A DNA stretch of 52,572 bases, counting the filler, from Streblomastix strix (taxonomy: Eukaryota): the NCBI GenBank assembly GCA_008636045.1. It is 2 parts of 2 records of this genome, joined end to end, with 100 filler letters (N's around TTAATTAATTAA, not from the genome) between each part and the next. Parts side by side here need not be neighbours in the genome. Positions count along the whole stretch, not along the records: positions 1 to 26,241 come from SNRW01000173.1; positions 26,342 to 52,572 come from SNRW01000174.1. One strand, 5' to 3'. A program made the translations under genes and the position numbers. Of this stretch, positions 24,368 through 38,625 are shown in pieces (position 1 is the first letter of the stretch; each line of letters starts with the position of its first letter). The notes under the pieces were generated by a model. The model made no database searches. It saw only the letters and a program-made list of their open reading frames with translations, and was not told the origin of the DNA.

Positions 24368-26241
24368 TTTTATTAGTCATAATAAAATATTATTTTTCAT
24401 ACTGATATATATTTGCTTTTTCTATTTTTTTCTATAAATCTGAACATTTACATATTGCTTAAAAGACATTTTATAGAAATTGTACAACAATTCGCGCTAT
24501 CAATGAATATTTAATTTGAAATTTAACTACATATATTATTAAAAATTTTATAAAAATTAAAATTTAATCAGATATAATCAAATTTATTTTGAATTTATCT
24601 ATGAATCGCAGATATGAATTTTAAAGGTGAAATTCATCTATATCACAAGATGACTGAATATTCACGTTAGCATCTTGATACAGGCGTACTCACTGTTCAT
24701 TCCAGAATCAAACAAAAGGGTTTGTACTAATAATTTTTTTGCTCTTACACTGATTTATGTTATGAGTTTATGTTGATTATATGTCGCTAAAAGATCTTGA
24801 TAATGATGAAACAGTCTCATTTTTTGCTTTCACTTTTCATTGTTTGAATTTTTATTCTATTCTATTTATTAATATAAGATTAATAAATACCAAAGAATTA
24901 TATTATAATCCATTATTAATAATAATTGTATGAATATTTTGAATGATAACTTTAATTTTTGGCCAGATGTGAGATGTGTACTCAAAAGAACATATGTGAA
25001 GATTTTCAATCAAGTTTTCATATTATTATTTTTCATTTTTATTTGTTTATTCATATTTTTCTCATTTATTTGTTTGCTTAATTATAAATAAAGTCTAAAA
25101 TAGTGGATGTATGAAACGTTCAATCTTCAATATGTCCTACTAAGCAAAACTGAATAAACTAAAAAAAGTTATTAATAATTATTATTTAATAAGCCTTCTA
25201 CTCCCTCTCTTTATATACGGGTAAATAATCACAATGGGTTGATAACCTCGTATTCAATGCAATTAATAAATAATACTCGTATATAATAATAATGCTTCAA
25301 TTCCACTTATACAAAAGAAGAACCTTAAGCAAGAGTTGAAACCTGTATAAATTTTTAAGATGATATATTATTATAAGTAAAAGTAGAAAAAACACAATTT
25401 ATTGATAACTATTCAAAGATATAAAAAAATAAATAAATAGATATTATGAATAATTCTTGTGTTTCTTATATTATATCTGAAAATGACGGATTATTATTTA
25501 AAAAGAGGATAAAACATAATTGAAAAATTTATATTTCTAGGAATAAAATAAACAATGTTATAAATAAGAAAGTAATTTATTCAATAAATACCCAAACAAA
25601 ATTAAAATATTTGAAATTTGATATATATACTAGTAATATTGGTCAGAGCTTCTGTTATGATAATATTGAAACAGATCTATTTTTTGATGAAAAAATAGAT
25701 GATATTGTATTAAATTAAAATGACAAAGCAAGAAATAAATTGATAGATATTTCTGATAAAATTGACTTAGAAAATTACATTTATTTGACCGCAAGGCAAG
25801 TTTTTGTTACTAATATAACACTTAATAACTATTATTGAGTTATTTGTCTAATAAGCATGTTATCATCTTTTACCGCGGAATCATATCAAAAAAGGTGTTC
25901 ATTGTTATTTTAATCAAATTTAAGCAAAATACGCAAATCCTATTTCAGAATTTAGTGAAATTATAAATCAAATTAGTTTTCATCTACAATATCTATATGG
26001 ATTTATAAATAGTAATGATGAAAAATTAAATATATAATCTATATTTTAATCTTTCTCTCTTATAGCAATATCATAAGTTGAAATATTCATAATTCTTAAT
26101 AATTTAATTAAAGCAAATATTTAAATATATAATTCTATTTTCAAGTACGTTAATTTTTTTAATTTTAGAAACAAAAAAATTGAATAATATAGGAATATAT
26201 TAAAGTAATTATTTTTTTTGGTAAAATTTTCACTAATTTTT

Positions 26242-26341
26242 NNNNNNNNNNNNNNNNNNNNNNNNNNNNNNNNNNNNNNNNNNNNTTAATTAATTAANNN
26301 NNNNNNNNNNNNNNNNNNNNNNNNNNNNNNNNNNNNNNNNN
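26242..26341. other. Artificial contig-joining linker
   Basis: N-run, TTAATTAATTAA (26286-26297, a six-frame stop spacer), N-run. Confidence 0.95.
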
Positions 26342-27601
26342 AAAAGATATAATTGATTAGAATGAAACTGCTGATGATAATAAAATTCATATATTAAACA
26401 ATGCAATAGAATTAATTTAAAGGATTAAGATTTCTTATGGAAGAATGAAAATTTTATCCAGAGAAAAACCTATGGCTGATATTGCAGCAGTGTTTATGAA
26501 AGCTCTTTGTGTATATCTTGAAGGAATTGTATGTAAATTACCCAAAAGTATAAAAAAGCTCAATTAATAATCACAATCAACAAAATAGATATCACAACTT
26601 TCTACAATTCCAATTAATCCATATTCACCAAAAATAATTAATTTAACAGATGAAGAAACAATATTCACATGTATTATTGTTAATACTGCAACATATTGTC
26701 ATGAAACAGTTTAATAATTAATTGATACTATCTCAAAGAATATCTCACTTCATTTCTAAGAGACACTCAATTCATAAATTCCATAAGATGTAGCAGCCAA
26801 AATTATTCTTCTTGGTTAAGAAGGATTAGCTCATTCATCATTATCTCATATTGATTCATTACTTTCTTAGATTCCAATAATCATATAGCGTATTTAAGAT
26901 CCATAGCAATAAAGAAATTAAATTAATTAAGGAAGGGTAAATTAATAAGAAATTATGTCTCTTAGTACAATAACTGAATCTGATTATGTATAGAAACTTG
27001 CTGATTAATTGCCAAAGGTATTATAGATACCTGCTAGCAATTTATATGAGAATAGATGGAAGAGATTTCTTAGTGTGTTTTTAGGACATTTTATTGATAG
27101 AGTAAATTAACTTGTTGGGGAAATTAAGCGTTGTAGTACATTAGGATGTAATCAGCTTCTTGTTGACATTGAACGAATATAAACAATTTTATCAGATCTT
27201 CCAATATAATTGAACAAACCATCAGACATACTGTGTGATTTTAAATATTTCAGTACTAAAAGCTAATATTTATTATTCACTTTATTTAATTTATTCAGAT
27301 ATAAAAAGAAAGTTCGAGATGGTCTTGAACCAATAAGATAAACATTCTTTCTCGTGGCGATACCTGCTGAAGATCTCCCAAAAGCATTTCTTACACATCA
27401 TCCCAATGGAAATCTAGATTAATTTAAGCACATCCTTGACTTGAAGGTTTGAATTATTATTATTTTTTGAAAAATAAAGTTATAATAATTATATTTTTAT
27501 TTGTTTGCCAGTAATATAAAGACAGAAAGGGAATTATAGCAAAGTTTGAAGAAGAAAAACAGAAAATTGCAATACGAATAGATGATAAACAACCGAAATG
27601 A
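26342..27601 (+). CDS. VPS53: Vacuolar protein sorting 53 (GARP subunit), 3' part
   Basis: Code-6 translation: TCIIVNTATYCHETVQQL, GCNQLLVDIERIQTILSDLP and QFKHILDLK match Vps53 C-terminal motifs. Introns 27233-27298 and 27447-27511; TGA 27599-27601; 5' end cut by the contig edge. Confidence 0.85.
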
Positions 27602-28002
27602 ATACAATTAAATAATTAAAATAAAATTCTCATTAATAAAGAATTAGGAAGAAATACTTCATCTGTATATCATAAGCGCATGTTAATTAACAATCAATTT
27701 AGATTATTTTTTAATTATTTACTTGTTTTATTTATTATTAATATTAGTAATAATAAAATAATTATCTCTTTCAATAATGTTTTTTTAAAACTGTTATTCC
27801 CAAGCTCTTATACATTTTTATGTATTAATTCATATAAAATACCACCATAAAATATATTTATAATATATCTTTCAAAAAATATTACTTAAATATACGTACT
27901 TGAACTGTAACGGCTATTATAATTTTTTTTAAAAATTAAATTCAAATTAACCATGCAATATAATTTCAATATCAAATTTTACATATTCTATCGATAAAAT
28001 AA

Positions 28003-31000
28003 ATGTTTAACACTATATTATCTTTAAGTGAAGCTACTTCTCTCTTTATACTCTGCTTGGGAGATCCAATTCTTATCCAAAACCTCTCTAACACCCTATT
28101 TGAATAACATAGATTACTTTCGATTTTAAATTATATAATTCAATAATAATATAATCAAAATGAACCGCTAATATAGTTTATTTTGTTCTCAATATAATAA
28201 CGTTATGATTTGAGAACGAAATTTTTCTTATCATTATTTACCTCCATATTATTTGATCCAGAACCATAAATAAATTTTGCAATGATTGACGCTGCACGAT
28301 CTGATGCCCTTGAATTCGGTGAAGCATTTACTAGATTGATTAAGTAGAAGAACTAGTTAAATAGCGAGAAACGAACTAAAAATAGCATTCGAAGACGTGG
28401 GATAGTTGCACGAGAAGCAGCAGAAACCTAATTTCAAAACGCCTCCATATTATCAGATTTTGCATCATCACACACTATGAGAGAATCACGAGTAGAGCGT
28501 GTAATTACAGATAGATTGATAGCTGTGCGTGAAGAGAAAGACCGTGTGAGAGAAAACAGGATGGCGAGAGAAGAACTAATTGAGTAATAGAAAGTCAGAG
28601 AGAGGGAGAATAACAATAATCTCATTATAGCCATGGAGCAGAAAATTGTTACAGAGTAAAAATCTACAGAAGAAGAAGTGAAAGAAAAGTCGGTAAGAGA
28701 GAAAGAGGAAATGTTGAAGAAGACAAAAGCACTTGGATAATAATTGTGTCAGGAGATTGTGAGTGATATTGTAAGCTAAACAATGAAATAGTTGATCCAA
28801 TTCAAAACTCGTGGTAACAAATATATTCCAATAGAGAAGGGAGCTACAGTTTCAGAAGTTGAAGGCATTGATGGATTAACTCTTGCAGCATTGAAAGAGT
28901 TCAAAACAAACCATGGAGAATGGAGAATAGAATAAATGATACCAAATTATATTGTTCATTAAGATCCATAATCTGGTTAGATTGAATCAACAAGATATTC
29001 TGCAGAAAGAAGTTTAAAGATTATTGAGAATCGTTAAACTCCAAAAGAATAAACTGATTATTAAACTTCAGTATATCCAAAAAGAATAGCTCGAATATTA
29101 GCTCATATTGAATACGAATCTGGTCCACGTCTATTTCTTGAGACAAAAGCTAAGACTTAACAAACGTAGTTGAATGGATAATCCATGAGATCTCCAATGT
29201 CACTTCCTTTATTCTTATGTGTATTAGGCCCTCCAAGAACAGGGAAGACTCTTCTAGCAAAATCTCTTGCACAGTCATTATCATTATCTGTTATAACATT
29301 AGAGAAGTCTTTATAAAAAGCATTAGACGAATCTGAAATTGGAGAAAATAATAATAAAGACAATTAGAAATCTAGATTGTGCCTACTTGGAGATAAATTA
29401 AAGAAGGATCTATAATATGGGAAAGAATTATCAGATGATCTTTGTGTTGCTATTGTAGCTGAATGTATTATGATTGAGACTTCTGCATGTATATAACATC
29501 TGTCTGACCTCGATGAATCAGATAGAAGAGCTAAAAATGCTCCTCCTTAGTAATTTGTCCGTTGGAGTAATCATGAAAGCAATTCATAAATAAATTAAGG
29601 ACAATAATAATAATTATTACAATTAATTTAACCCAATGTTAACTAAGATTAGAATATCTAACTATCAAAATAAAATTCATAATCTTCATCAATTGTTTCT
29701 AATTAAGAATAGCTTTCTCTTGAGTAGTTATTATAAAAAGTCAAAGAACTCACAATTGCACCTGATGCACCATTTTCATTGAGAGATCGAGTCAGAAACA
29801 GATATGATGAACCAGAGCATTATTCATACTTATTCTAAACATATCTGTCACATCTTGTGAAGAAAGATATTGAAGTAAAAGAGACAAATGATAATTAATA
29901 GAAATAAGGAAAGAAATAAACATCTGAAATAAAGAAGAAGCCGAGCCAAGTTGATGGGTTTATTTCAGAAAGGGGGGATGTATTATATGAATTCGATCCT
30001 CATTCACAAAGATTGGATCATAAATCTCATTAAGCAAGGGGGTAGTCAGATAATAATCTTCTATTTTTCCATTCTGATAACGATCTTGATAATTTAGCTG
30101 ATTAGAATATATTTGATTATTAAGAGGTTCACTATGGAGGAATAATATTAGATGGATTTCCAAAGAGTTTGATATAGATGGTTAAGTTAGAATAGGCTTT
30201 ATTATTGGACGACGAAATACATCCGCTTCTTAAATAGATTGAGAAGAATGAAGTTAAGAATTAGGATGAATTGAAAAATGGAAAAGAATCAAAATTTGTG
30301 GAATTGATTGAATAGGAGAAGAGAGAGCCATCGGTATCAATAATTTCAATAGCTCAGTAACTGTAAAATGAAAATTTTAAATTCAATCCAAATCCACGAA
30401 AATTTACAACTGTGGTTCACAGTGGGATGAGACCTGTTGATGAATCAAATTCATATGTAGAAGAATAGAATGTGGAAGATGAAAGCTTACTTTCTAATGT
30501 TATGAAGAGAGAAGAAGAAATACAATTAAAAGCGTATCCAATTCGAAGAGGATGTCAATCATCTCCACTTGAACTATTCTCAGATCTTATTCCTCAAGCA
30601 GGTTGGAATGAAGACATGATGGCTTATTAACCATTATCATGTTTTGATGCTGTTTTCTTTCTCGAAGATGAAAAGAATAACTGTATTGCTCGTGCATCAG
30701 AGGATGGATACTAAGGAATATATAAAGACAAAGGAATAATTAACCCAATGCGAAATATTCATTCATTTTGGGAATGCGAAGCTGGAAAGGATAAAAGAGA
30801 TGCATAACCCGATAGATTGCCAAAACCTTAAGTTGGTGATCCTGCTTCTGGAGACTTTTAATTGTAGAATTTAATTAAAAAAGGACATCATGGATTAGTA
30901 ATTAGATAATAATAGAGAGGAAGAAAAGGAACTATGGATTAGAATCCTCTTTCTAATTCGATGCAAGGATCTATTTCAATGTCTGTTTTAGGATTACAAG

Positions 31001-34000
31001 TTGGTGGAAATAGATAAAGTTTGGTTAATCTAACTTCATTTATGTCAAGTTTTGGACCCAGATAAAACCCTCCTGGAGTTCAAATCCCATTATCTAACTA
31101 ACCAAAACCATTTTATGGAGGGTTGGGAATAACAATGTTTCCAAACAGCCACATTCTAACTCCATAAGATTTAGCATTATTACATAAAAAATATGAAGAA
31201 TATGTTAAAGAAGTTCCTAAATTTGAAAGTTGGCTGAATCTAACAGGGAAAAAAGAATCAATTCCTCTTTCACTCTTCAAAAATGGAACTGAAGTGAAGT
31301 TGCATACAATAAAGATATGTCTTTCTAGCATCAAAGGGAAAATCGACCTCCTTTAACAATATTAACCTTTAATATTTAAATTAGTACCTCTCCCTGAACC
31401 AGTTGAAGCAGAATTGAATAAAGAAGAAGTGAATCAATTGGATAGAGAATTAGATATAAAATATGCACCACCAAAACCACCAACACCTGTAGAAGGATAT
31501 GAAGGTACTTTAAAACCTTCGATGATAAATTAATTAAAAGCAAAACAAGGATAACCGAAATAAGCAGCATCTGCACCAAAATAAGCGACCGGAGCTCCAA
31601 AATCACAGACTCAGACACAACCTAAAGGTAAAACAGGAGCTAAAAATATCAAAGGTGCAAAAGAAGAAGAATTACCTGGGCCTGGACAAGAAGGATATAT
31701 TGATCCAAATGAAGATGAAGAAACGAGATTAAAGAGAGAAGCTGAATAATAGGCGCGTGAAGCTGCAAGACTCGCTGAACGTAATTAGAAGATTGCAGTA
31801 ATGAAATAGAAGCTGACTGAAAATAGAGAAAGATTGAGATTGTAAACTTTAATACTCCAACTCACAAGATCAAAAGAGATACATTCCAAAGCTGCATTAA
31901 TCGCAAAACTTAGAAATATGGGCGGTATTAAATTATTGCGCACTTTGCCTCGCATTGGTGAAGTTATTGCATAACAGCTCATGAAAGAATTTAATATTAT
32001 TGAAACATAATTTGACGATGCATTCTAAAATTGTACAAATGTTGTAATTGAGATTCATGGAATTCTTTATAAATTTATTGCTTCATAAATCAAAAATGCT
32101 AAATTTGATCTTCAGAAGAGAGATGTCAGAATGGATTCAATTATTACAGAGCTCCAGGAAAGCCTTGCATCAACATGTGCATTCCCAATGGCTTTACGAT
32201 GTCACGATGAAACTAAAGCAGAAATGCATCTTCGAATAACTGAGAGTATTCGAGCTCTTCTACGAGCAGCATAAAGATAGAGAGATAGAGGCCATAATCG
32301 AGCTCAGAGACTTATGAAGTTTGCAGAGGAAAAATTCAACCCATTAATTTCTTCAATGCTTTCTCGATTAATTGCATCAATAACAAAATAAGAACTAGCG
32401 AGAGTTGCAGCTATTTGTAGATTGTGTTATGATTATTGTAATGTTTTAAGAGGACTTCCTGTTGACACTCGGAATTCTATTGTGATTCAATATCCTTAAA
32501 ATTTCGTTTAAGAAAAGGAGAAGGAAAAAGTTGGAAAGAAAGACAAAATTATTGATGATGATTCGGCAATTAAATCAGGCCCGTTCAAATTTGATGTTGG
32601 TGAAGGAATTGGAATATTTGAAATGTCAACTCAAAATGAATATTTATAAAAACATGAGAAAAGTTGTCTACCCCCTTCAATGAATTCAGATGATAATAAA
32701 GATGTGGGTAAAGACGGTAAAAGGGGAGGCAAGAAACTCACAACATAACCAATATAGGGAAATGCAAACATTTAAACTCCAGCTCCAGGTTAACAAGCAG
32801 CAGGTAATACACAACTGAAAGCTTAAGAGAAAGCAGCATTGGCAGCAGCAGCAGCTCTTGAGGCATAAAAAGAATAGGATGAAAGAGACTTTGAACTTAA
32901 TTTCATGCGTGTTCCATATTTGGGTTTTCCTTTCATTTCATTTCAAAATAAAGAGAAGATTAAAGAAAAAGGAGATAAAGGAGAGAAAGATAATGAAGCA
33001 ACAACTTATATTAATACAGCTTTATCTGCATTCTTTGCACCAGAGATTATCAACCCATAATTAGAATCAGCCGTTGAAGTAGCAAAACCAAAGAAATAAT
33101 ATGGCTAAATATAACAGGAATAAACATAAGAAGTTGTTAATGAAGATTATAAACCAGAGAATGCATTCTTATCACAAATTAATTTAGAATCAGTGAGTGT
33201 AGTTATTTCGGCAATAACATTATTAGATGCAGCTGAAAGAGGTATTAAAGAGATTCGTGAAGTTAGAGAACATGAAGAGAAAGTGAATTAAGCACAAAAA
33301 TAGGCAGAAGAAGAAGCAAAGAAATTTGCTGCTGAATAAGCATTACTCGGACTAGATAATATTAAATAGTTGAAAGATGATAAAAGGCCAACAACTTCTG
33401 GTTCTAATTAACCTTCTACAACATCTACTAAGAAAGGAGCAAAAGAAGAATCAAATGTAGTAAAAGGGAAAGGTGCATAAATTAAGAAAGAACAAAAAGC
33501 AATAATTGAATAACAAGAGGCTGAAGAAACAGAACCTCAACCTCCTCCATTTGAATTTCCACCATTACCAAGAGCGCTTTCTTAATTATTAAAAGTACCA
33601 CAACAGATAGAATAACTTGTAAATGAAGCTTCTTCACCTAATTTAACCTCTGAATTTTAGTCATTAACATCAAAGTTGCCTGAATAAATAACTCAAGATC
33701 TTCTTAAGAGTGGATTCTTCACTATCGCCTAAAGAGATGATCTATGTTTGTAAGTAATCGAGTCTGCTAAAAAGCGGATTCAGGAACTTGTCAACCATAT
33801 CTAAACAATTATGATAAGTATGCGAACAAGCTTTACACGAATTGCAGAGTCATTCAACACATGGTCTGCTGATAGATTCTTCAGAGACCTTTAATCCATT
33901 TCAACACTTCGCGTTCTATTAGGAATAGCTGTTGAAGAAGAAACGATAATAAAACATAAACTAAGAATGAGAGGTGGAAGGATATTTGTTGATCGTGAAG

Positions 34001-37000
34001 AATAAGTGAAAGAATCAACTGAAGGATAATAAGACGAGGATAATTCATACAGTATGTTTAAAGATGATATATATTCTCCTGAGGCAGAATCAGATAATCG
34101 TAATATTTCTCGATCATCAAGCAAACACTCCTTAAATTAAAAATCCAAACACCCTAAAGACCCTCACGCAATATCTAACTCAGGAAATTCACCAAATAGT
34201 AATAATCTAAATTAATAATAATAATAATAATAAAATGATTAATAAAAAGAAAATAATGAATAGGATTAACATAATTAATGGAGCGAGAAACTATTCTCTA
34301 ATCTTGAAAAGGGACAAATGACTGGAGAATAAATAGGACCTTTATTTGATAAGAATCTCAATCCTTTATACTAAAATTTATAATAAAAATATATCTAAAG
34401 CAAGATTGAATAAAACGAATTGATAAAGTAGAGACAAAGTCCAACTCCGCAGAATGATGAAAAGAAACCAGAAACGAATTTGAAGTAGAATATAAGACCT
34501 ACATCTTCCTAATCTCGTCTGGTCTTGCTATAATAAGTAGATTAATCTAATCCAACTTTCAATATAAGTATGCACGAGTTAATTAAAAGACATCAAGAAA
34601 TCGAGAAAGAGTTCGGTTTAGTTCAAAGAGATAGGCGCATTTGGAGAAATATGGAGTTGAAACTGCTACTGCGATAGAGTTGGATTTATAAAAGTGATGA
34701 TCAAAATAATAATAATAAATCAATTGATGAGACTCATTATATCTAGTAATATCTTGGTGCTAATTCACTTTCTGATATTTTTGGAAACAAAGGTTAAGTA
34801 AACGCACTTAATTTTAATCATCTATTTGATATTACAGGTCCTGGATTTTCTAATTAATATTCTTAAATGCTTGATTTGGTGCATATTGAAAATGAAACAG
34901 ATACTCAAGAGAATTTTTAAGCAACTCTTATTTTCCCAAAACATGATAAAACTGCTACTTTATTATCGCATAATATATAATAACAACAATTATAATATGC
35001 ACTAAACTCAAAAAACTCCAGTCCTTAACTTTAACAAAAAAGAAGGAAAGCAGATGAATTGATTATATTAGCTAAGAACCTGAATGCATACTTGCATTGG
35101 ATTGATCCTCTTCGTCACAGACCCTATGATCCCATTTCACAAAGAGCTAAAGAAGCTTCTGCAATGTGGATTAGATATAAAAGGAAGAATTTAGAAACAT
35201 ACTAACGAAGAGAAGAAACAATAAATACAGATAATATCAATTTAGAAACTACATAATCTCAAGCATTGGCATATCTTTAATAAGAGTAATAAATTCAACC
35301 AAAACCAAAAATTGATTCTATTCCTGAAAAACCAAAGAATTTATCCATTTAAGTCTAAAGTAGATAATCACCAGAAAACAGAGAAAATTAAAATACTCGA
35401 TAATCAGATAGAAAACCAAAAGGATTGTATGTGATGGTATCTCCAAAATCACCAGATCCTTCACAATCACTTGCTGTTTTCCCTACTATTTCTTAGTTTG
35501 ATAAGTCCTTATAAAGAGCTTCACCTTCAAGCCCATAATAATAGAAGAATTTTTCATTTTTTGATTAAATATCTGACAGTTCAATTCTTATTCAACCAAA
35601 TCCACTACGAATGCCTTTAGGCAATGCTAAATTATCTCCATTTCATGCTAATATCCTTCGTAACGTATTCCACACAGTTTCACATTAAGGCAATTGTTTT
35701 CTAAGGAGTTTTCCCCGATTAATTATAGAAGCAATGAAAGGAATTAGTGGAATAGGATAAAAAGGATTTCNNNNNNNNNNNNNNNNNNNNNNNNNNNNNN
35801 NNNNNNNNNNNNNNNNNNNNNNNNNNNNNNNNNNNNNNNNNNNNNNNNNNNNNNNNNNNNNNNNNNNNNNCATGCTAATATCCTTCGTAACGTATTCCAC
35901 ACAGTTTCACATTAAGGCAATTGTTTTCTAAGGAGTTTTCCCCGATTAATTATAGAAGCAATGAAAGGAATTAGTGGAATAGGATAAAAAGGATTTCCTT
36001 CACCTATTTCTGATATCAGCTTCTAAATTCCTCCTGCATGGAGAGGATTTTGCGAATACGCTGTGAATAAATTTGGGATAAATGGACTTATGTGTAGTCA
36101 TTAAACAAAAATCCCGTTGGAAGGCGAAAGAGGATTAACTGAATTATTTGAAAGGTTTAACTTAAATTAAGAAAATGGAAAAGGAGATATTTCAGCTAAT
36201 TCACCTTCAGACATTCCAGGAATAACTTAACAGTCTCTTCAAAGTGTTATAGAAAGTCGCAATCGTTCAAACTGGGTTGCATTCTTGATTGTGCTTATTC
36301 TTCCTCAAATAATACCTTTTGAAGATATGATATTATATGCAAGACTTTTAGCAAGCTGGACTGATCATACTGGACACATGTCCAGGTTGAGATTTGCTTC
36401 TATTCCAATGCCTTATGAAGATGAAATATGGTAAGTTTATAGAACTAAAGTACAGGAAGATATTGCTGAGTAGATTATGCAAAACCCACAGAATGCAATA
36501 CCTCCTGAACAGAGAAAGAATTATACTGATGCACCTGAGGGAAATGATTTAGAATGGATTGAGGAATAATAAAGAATTTTAGAAGAGAGAGAAATTTATG
36601 AACAAGAGGAAAATGAAGAGGAAAAGAAAATTAATTAAGAAACATTAGGTCAAAATAGTCCAACTTTAAGGAAGAAGAAAACAGAAGCATAATTGGAAAA
36701 AGAAAAAGAAAAGGAAAAAATAAAAAATATTACAATACCACCAAGTACATTCAAGAATTTGAACTCTAAAGATACCCTCTCAATGCACTCTGGCATGAAA
36801 GATTAAAATTCTCCAAATACTTCTTAAAGTCTTATTGATGATGAAAATCAGAGAAGTACATAAATATTTGAAAAATTAATTCGATCGATTCGATAACAAC
36901 TATTGACAGAAGTTGGAAAGAAGAAACAGTGTAATTTTGATTATATGAATCTGACTACTGAACAGAAACACCAAAAATCATCAACCTATTCCGTTTCAAT

Positions 37001-38458
37001 TCTCAGATCTCGAGCAAAAACTCTGGATACAATTGCATAACTGATTAGTTAAATTAAGAATGAAACTCAACCTTAGAGTATCACTAACACTAACACTTCT
37101 TCACTCGCTGCACTTCAATCACTCTTCTCAAGTCGAAGAAACTCTTCATTTTCAATGTCAAAAAAGCCTGAAAGTAGCTAATCGCCAAATATTAATCTAA
37201 GAAAAATACTTCCTAGACTTTTGATTCGTAGAATTCCACAAACTCCAATTATGATGTTGAAAATGCTTTTGTTTGATTTCTTCGCAGTTCCATCTTAGAA
37301 ACTATATTCTGTCAATCAGAATGAATCAGTGGGTCCTCCTTAACTCTCTTAATCACAATATTTCCCATAATCTACTGATATATATACTTAAAATATGATG
37401 AACACTGGTATAAGTTAATAATCAGCTGGTAATAAAAATATGAATTAAAAACAATTGCTAATGCTTAATAAGTATGGGAAAGGAGGCAAACGTGGAAGTT
37501 ATGAAAGAACAAGAATGACGCATAAAGAATTTACTGCAAATCTTGCGAAGATGCAATTCGGCCCGCCAGAAGAGAAACTTGTTGTAGATCCCATGAAAAT
37601 CCTCGCAGTAATGTGTACAAGCAAATCTGAGATAGAAGGTACTCATAAAGCATTTACAGTTTGTGCAACATTTCATCGTTTGGCTAAATTGCGAGAGATT
37701 CGCTTGCAAAGGCGAATTCATATTGATGGAATAGATTCTAGTGTACCTCTCAACCAAATCCGCAAAAATATTGCTCTTATACTTTAAGTTGTTATATAAG
37801 AAAGAATATAAAGACGTGCTATGGATTAAAATACTCCAGGCATAATTGGAGAGATTCCAGAAGAAATGACACCGCGTGTTTCATCGTAATATTTCATTTC
37901 AAATCCGTCATCTCCAAGATTCGATTATGGGTATGGAGATTAATATATGCCAGAAATATAAGAATAAACTATGGAAACTGGATGGAATAATAAAAATCAA
38001 ATCAATATTTCATCTCCCAAAGATGCATTAAGAAATATGGAGACTCAACAATAGAAAGCAGTTGAACTCTTAAGTTCTATGGCTGGTGAGAATCCAGTCA
38101 AACCGCTTTATCTTCCTGTCAATGTTATTGCCCAAATTTTCTGTCCAACAAACAGCGCAACTGATTCAGGTAATACCATACCAGCAAGACGATCAACTTT
38201 TGCTCCTTCTCGAGAGGTACGTTCAAATATTTTTCTTTATTACCAATTTAAGTTATAATTATATTCAAATTCAATTTTCAGAACCTGGTTAGGACCCTTC
38301 TTTCTATTAAGAATTTACCTAAAGAGCCCGTATCATCGACAGAGCTATTCCGATTGGGGAATGAAACCAAATTAACGTTGCATGATCTTGAAGCATCGCC
38401 TACGGGGATGCTTATTCTAAAATCACTCAAACACTTCGGTGCTTTTAAGTACTTATGA
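28003..38458 (+). CDS. SPEF2: SPEF2/CPC1-like central-pair protein (~3400 aa) with an adenylate-kinase-like domain
   Basis: Very long code-6 frame (spot-checked, not read codon by codon): coiled coil, P-loop VLGPPRTGKTLLAKSL (~29221), GKELSDDLCVAIV, GIILDGFPKSLIQMVKLEQAL (~30139), FDAVFFLE, DETKAEMHLR. Spans the scaffold gap 35771-35870; intron 38217-38281. The 3' end is somewhat uncertain. Confidence 0.8.
35644..35997. other. False scaffold gap with 127-bp overlap
   Basis: 35644-35770 is repeated exactly at 35871-35997 across 100 N. Confidence 0.9.
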
Positions 38459-38625
38459 AAACATTTATACCTTTCAATAGCATCAATCAAGTCACTCATT
38501 TCATTTAAATTATTTAATTTTATACACCTGAACAGAATTTATCTCCTATTAAAGTTTATAACGAATAAAATAAAAATATATATTAAAGGTTTTTAATTTG
38601 TTATTTTTCAAGAAGTGTTTTTATT

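Larger units (their letters stand above)
1..26241. repeat. Contig-length palindrome: arms 1-12990 and 13251-26241, unique loop 12991-13250
   Basis: Position i mirrors 26242-i: every ORF-track entry in the left arm has an identical mirror (e.g. 8691..9017- / 17225..17551+), and base 1 aaaaattagtgaaaa mirrors ttttcactaattttt ending at 26241. The only difference I saw is one extra C at ~13278. Confidence 0.97.

Noticed and set aside
24600..26100. Possible decayed gene in the outer palindrome arm (mirror ~140-1640)
   Set aside because: Some protein-like stretches (~25315-25840) but interrupted by TGA and with no recognisable motif; not supportable.
26286..26297. TTAATTAATTAA as a biological motif, and linkage between the palindrome and VPS53
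   Set aside because: It is a synthetic spacer between concatenated contigs, so the two halves need not be neighbours.
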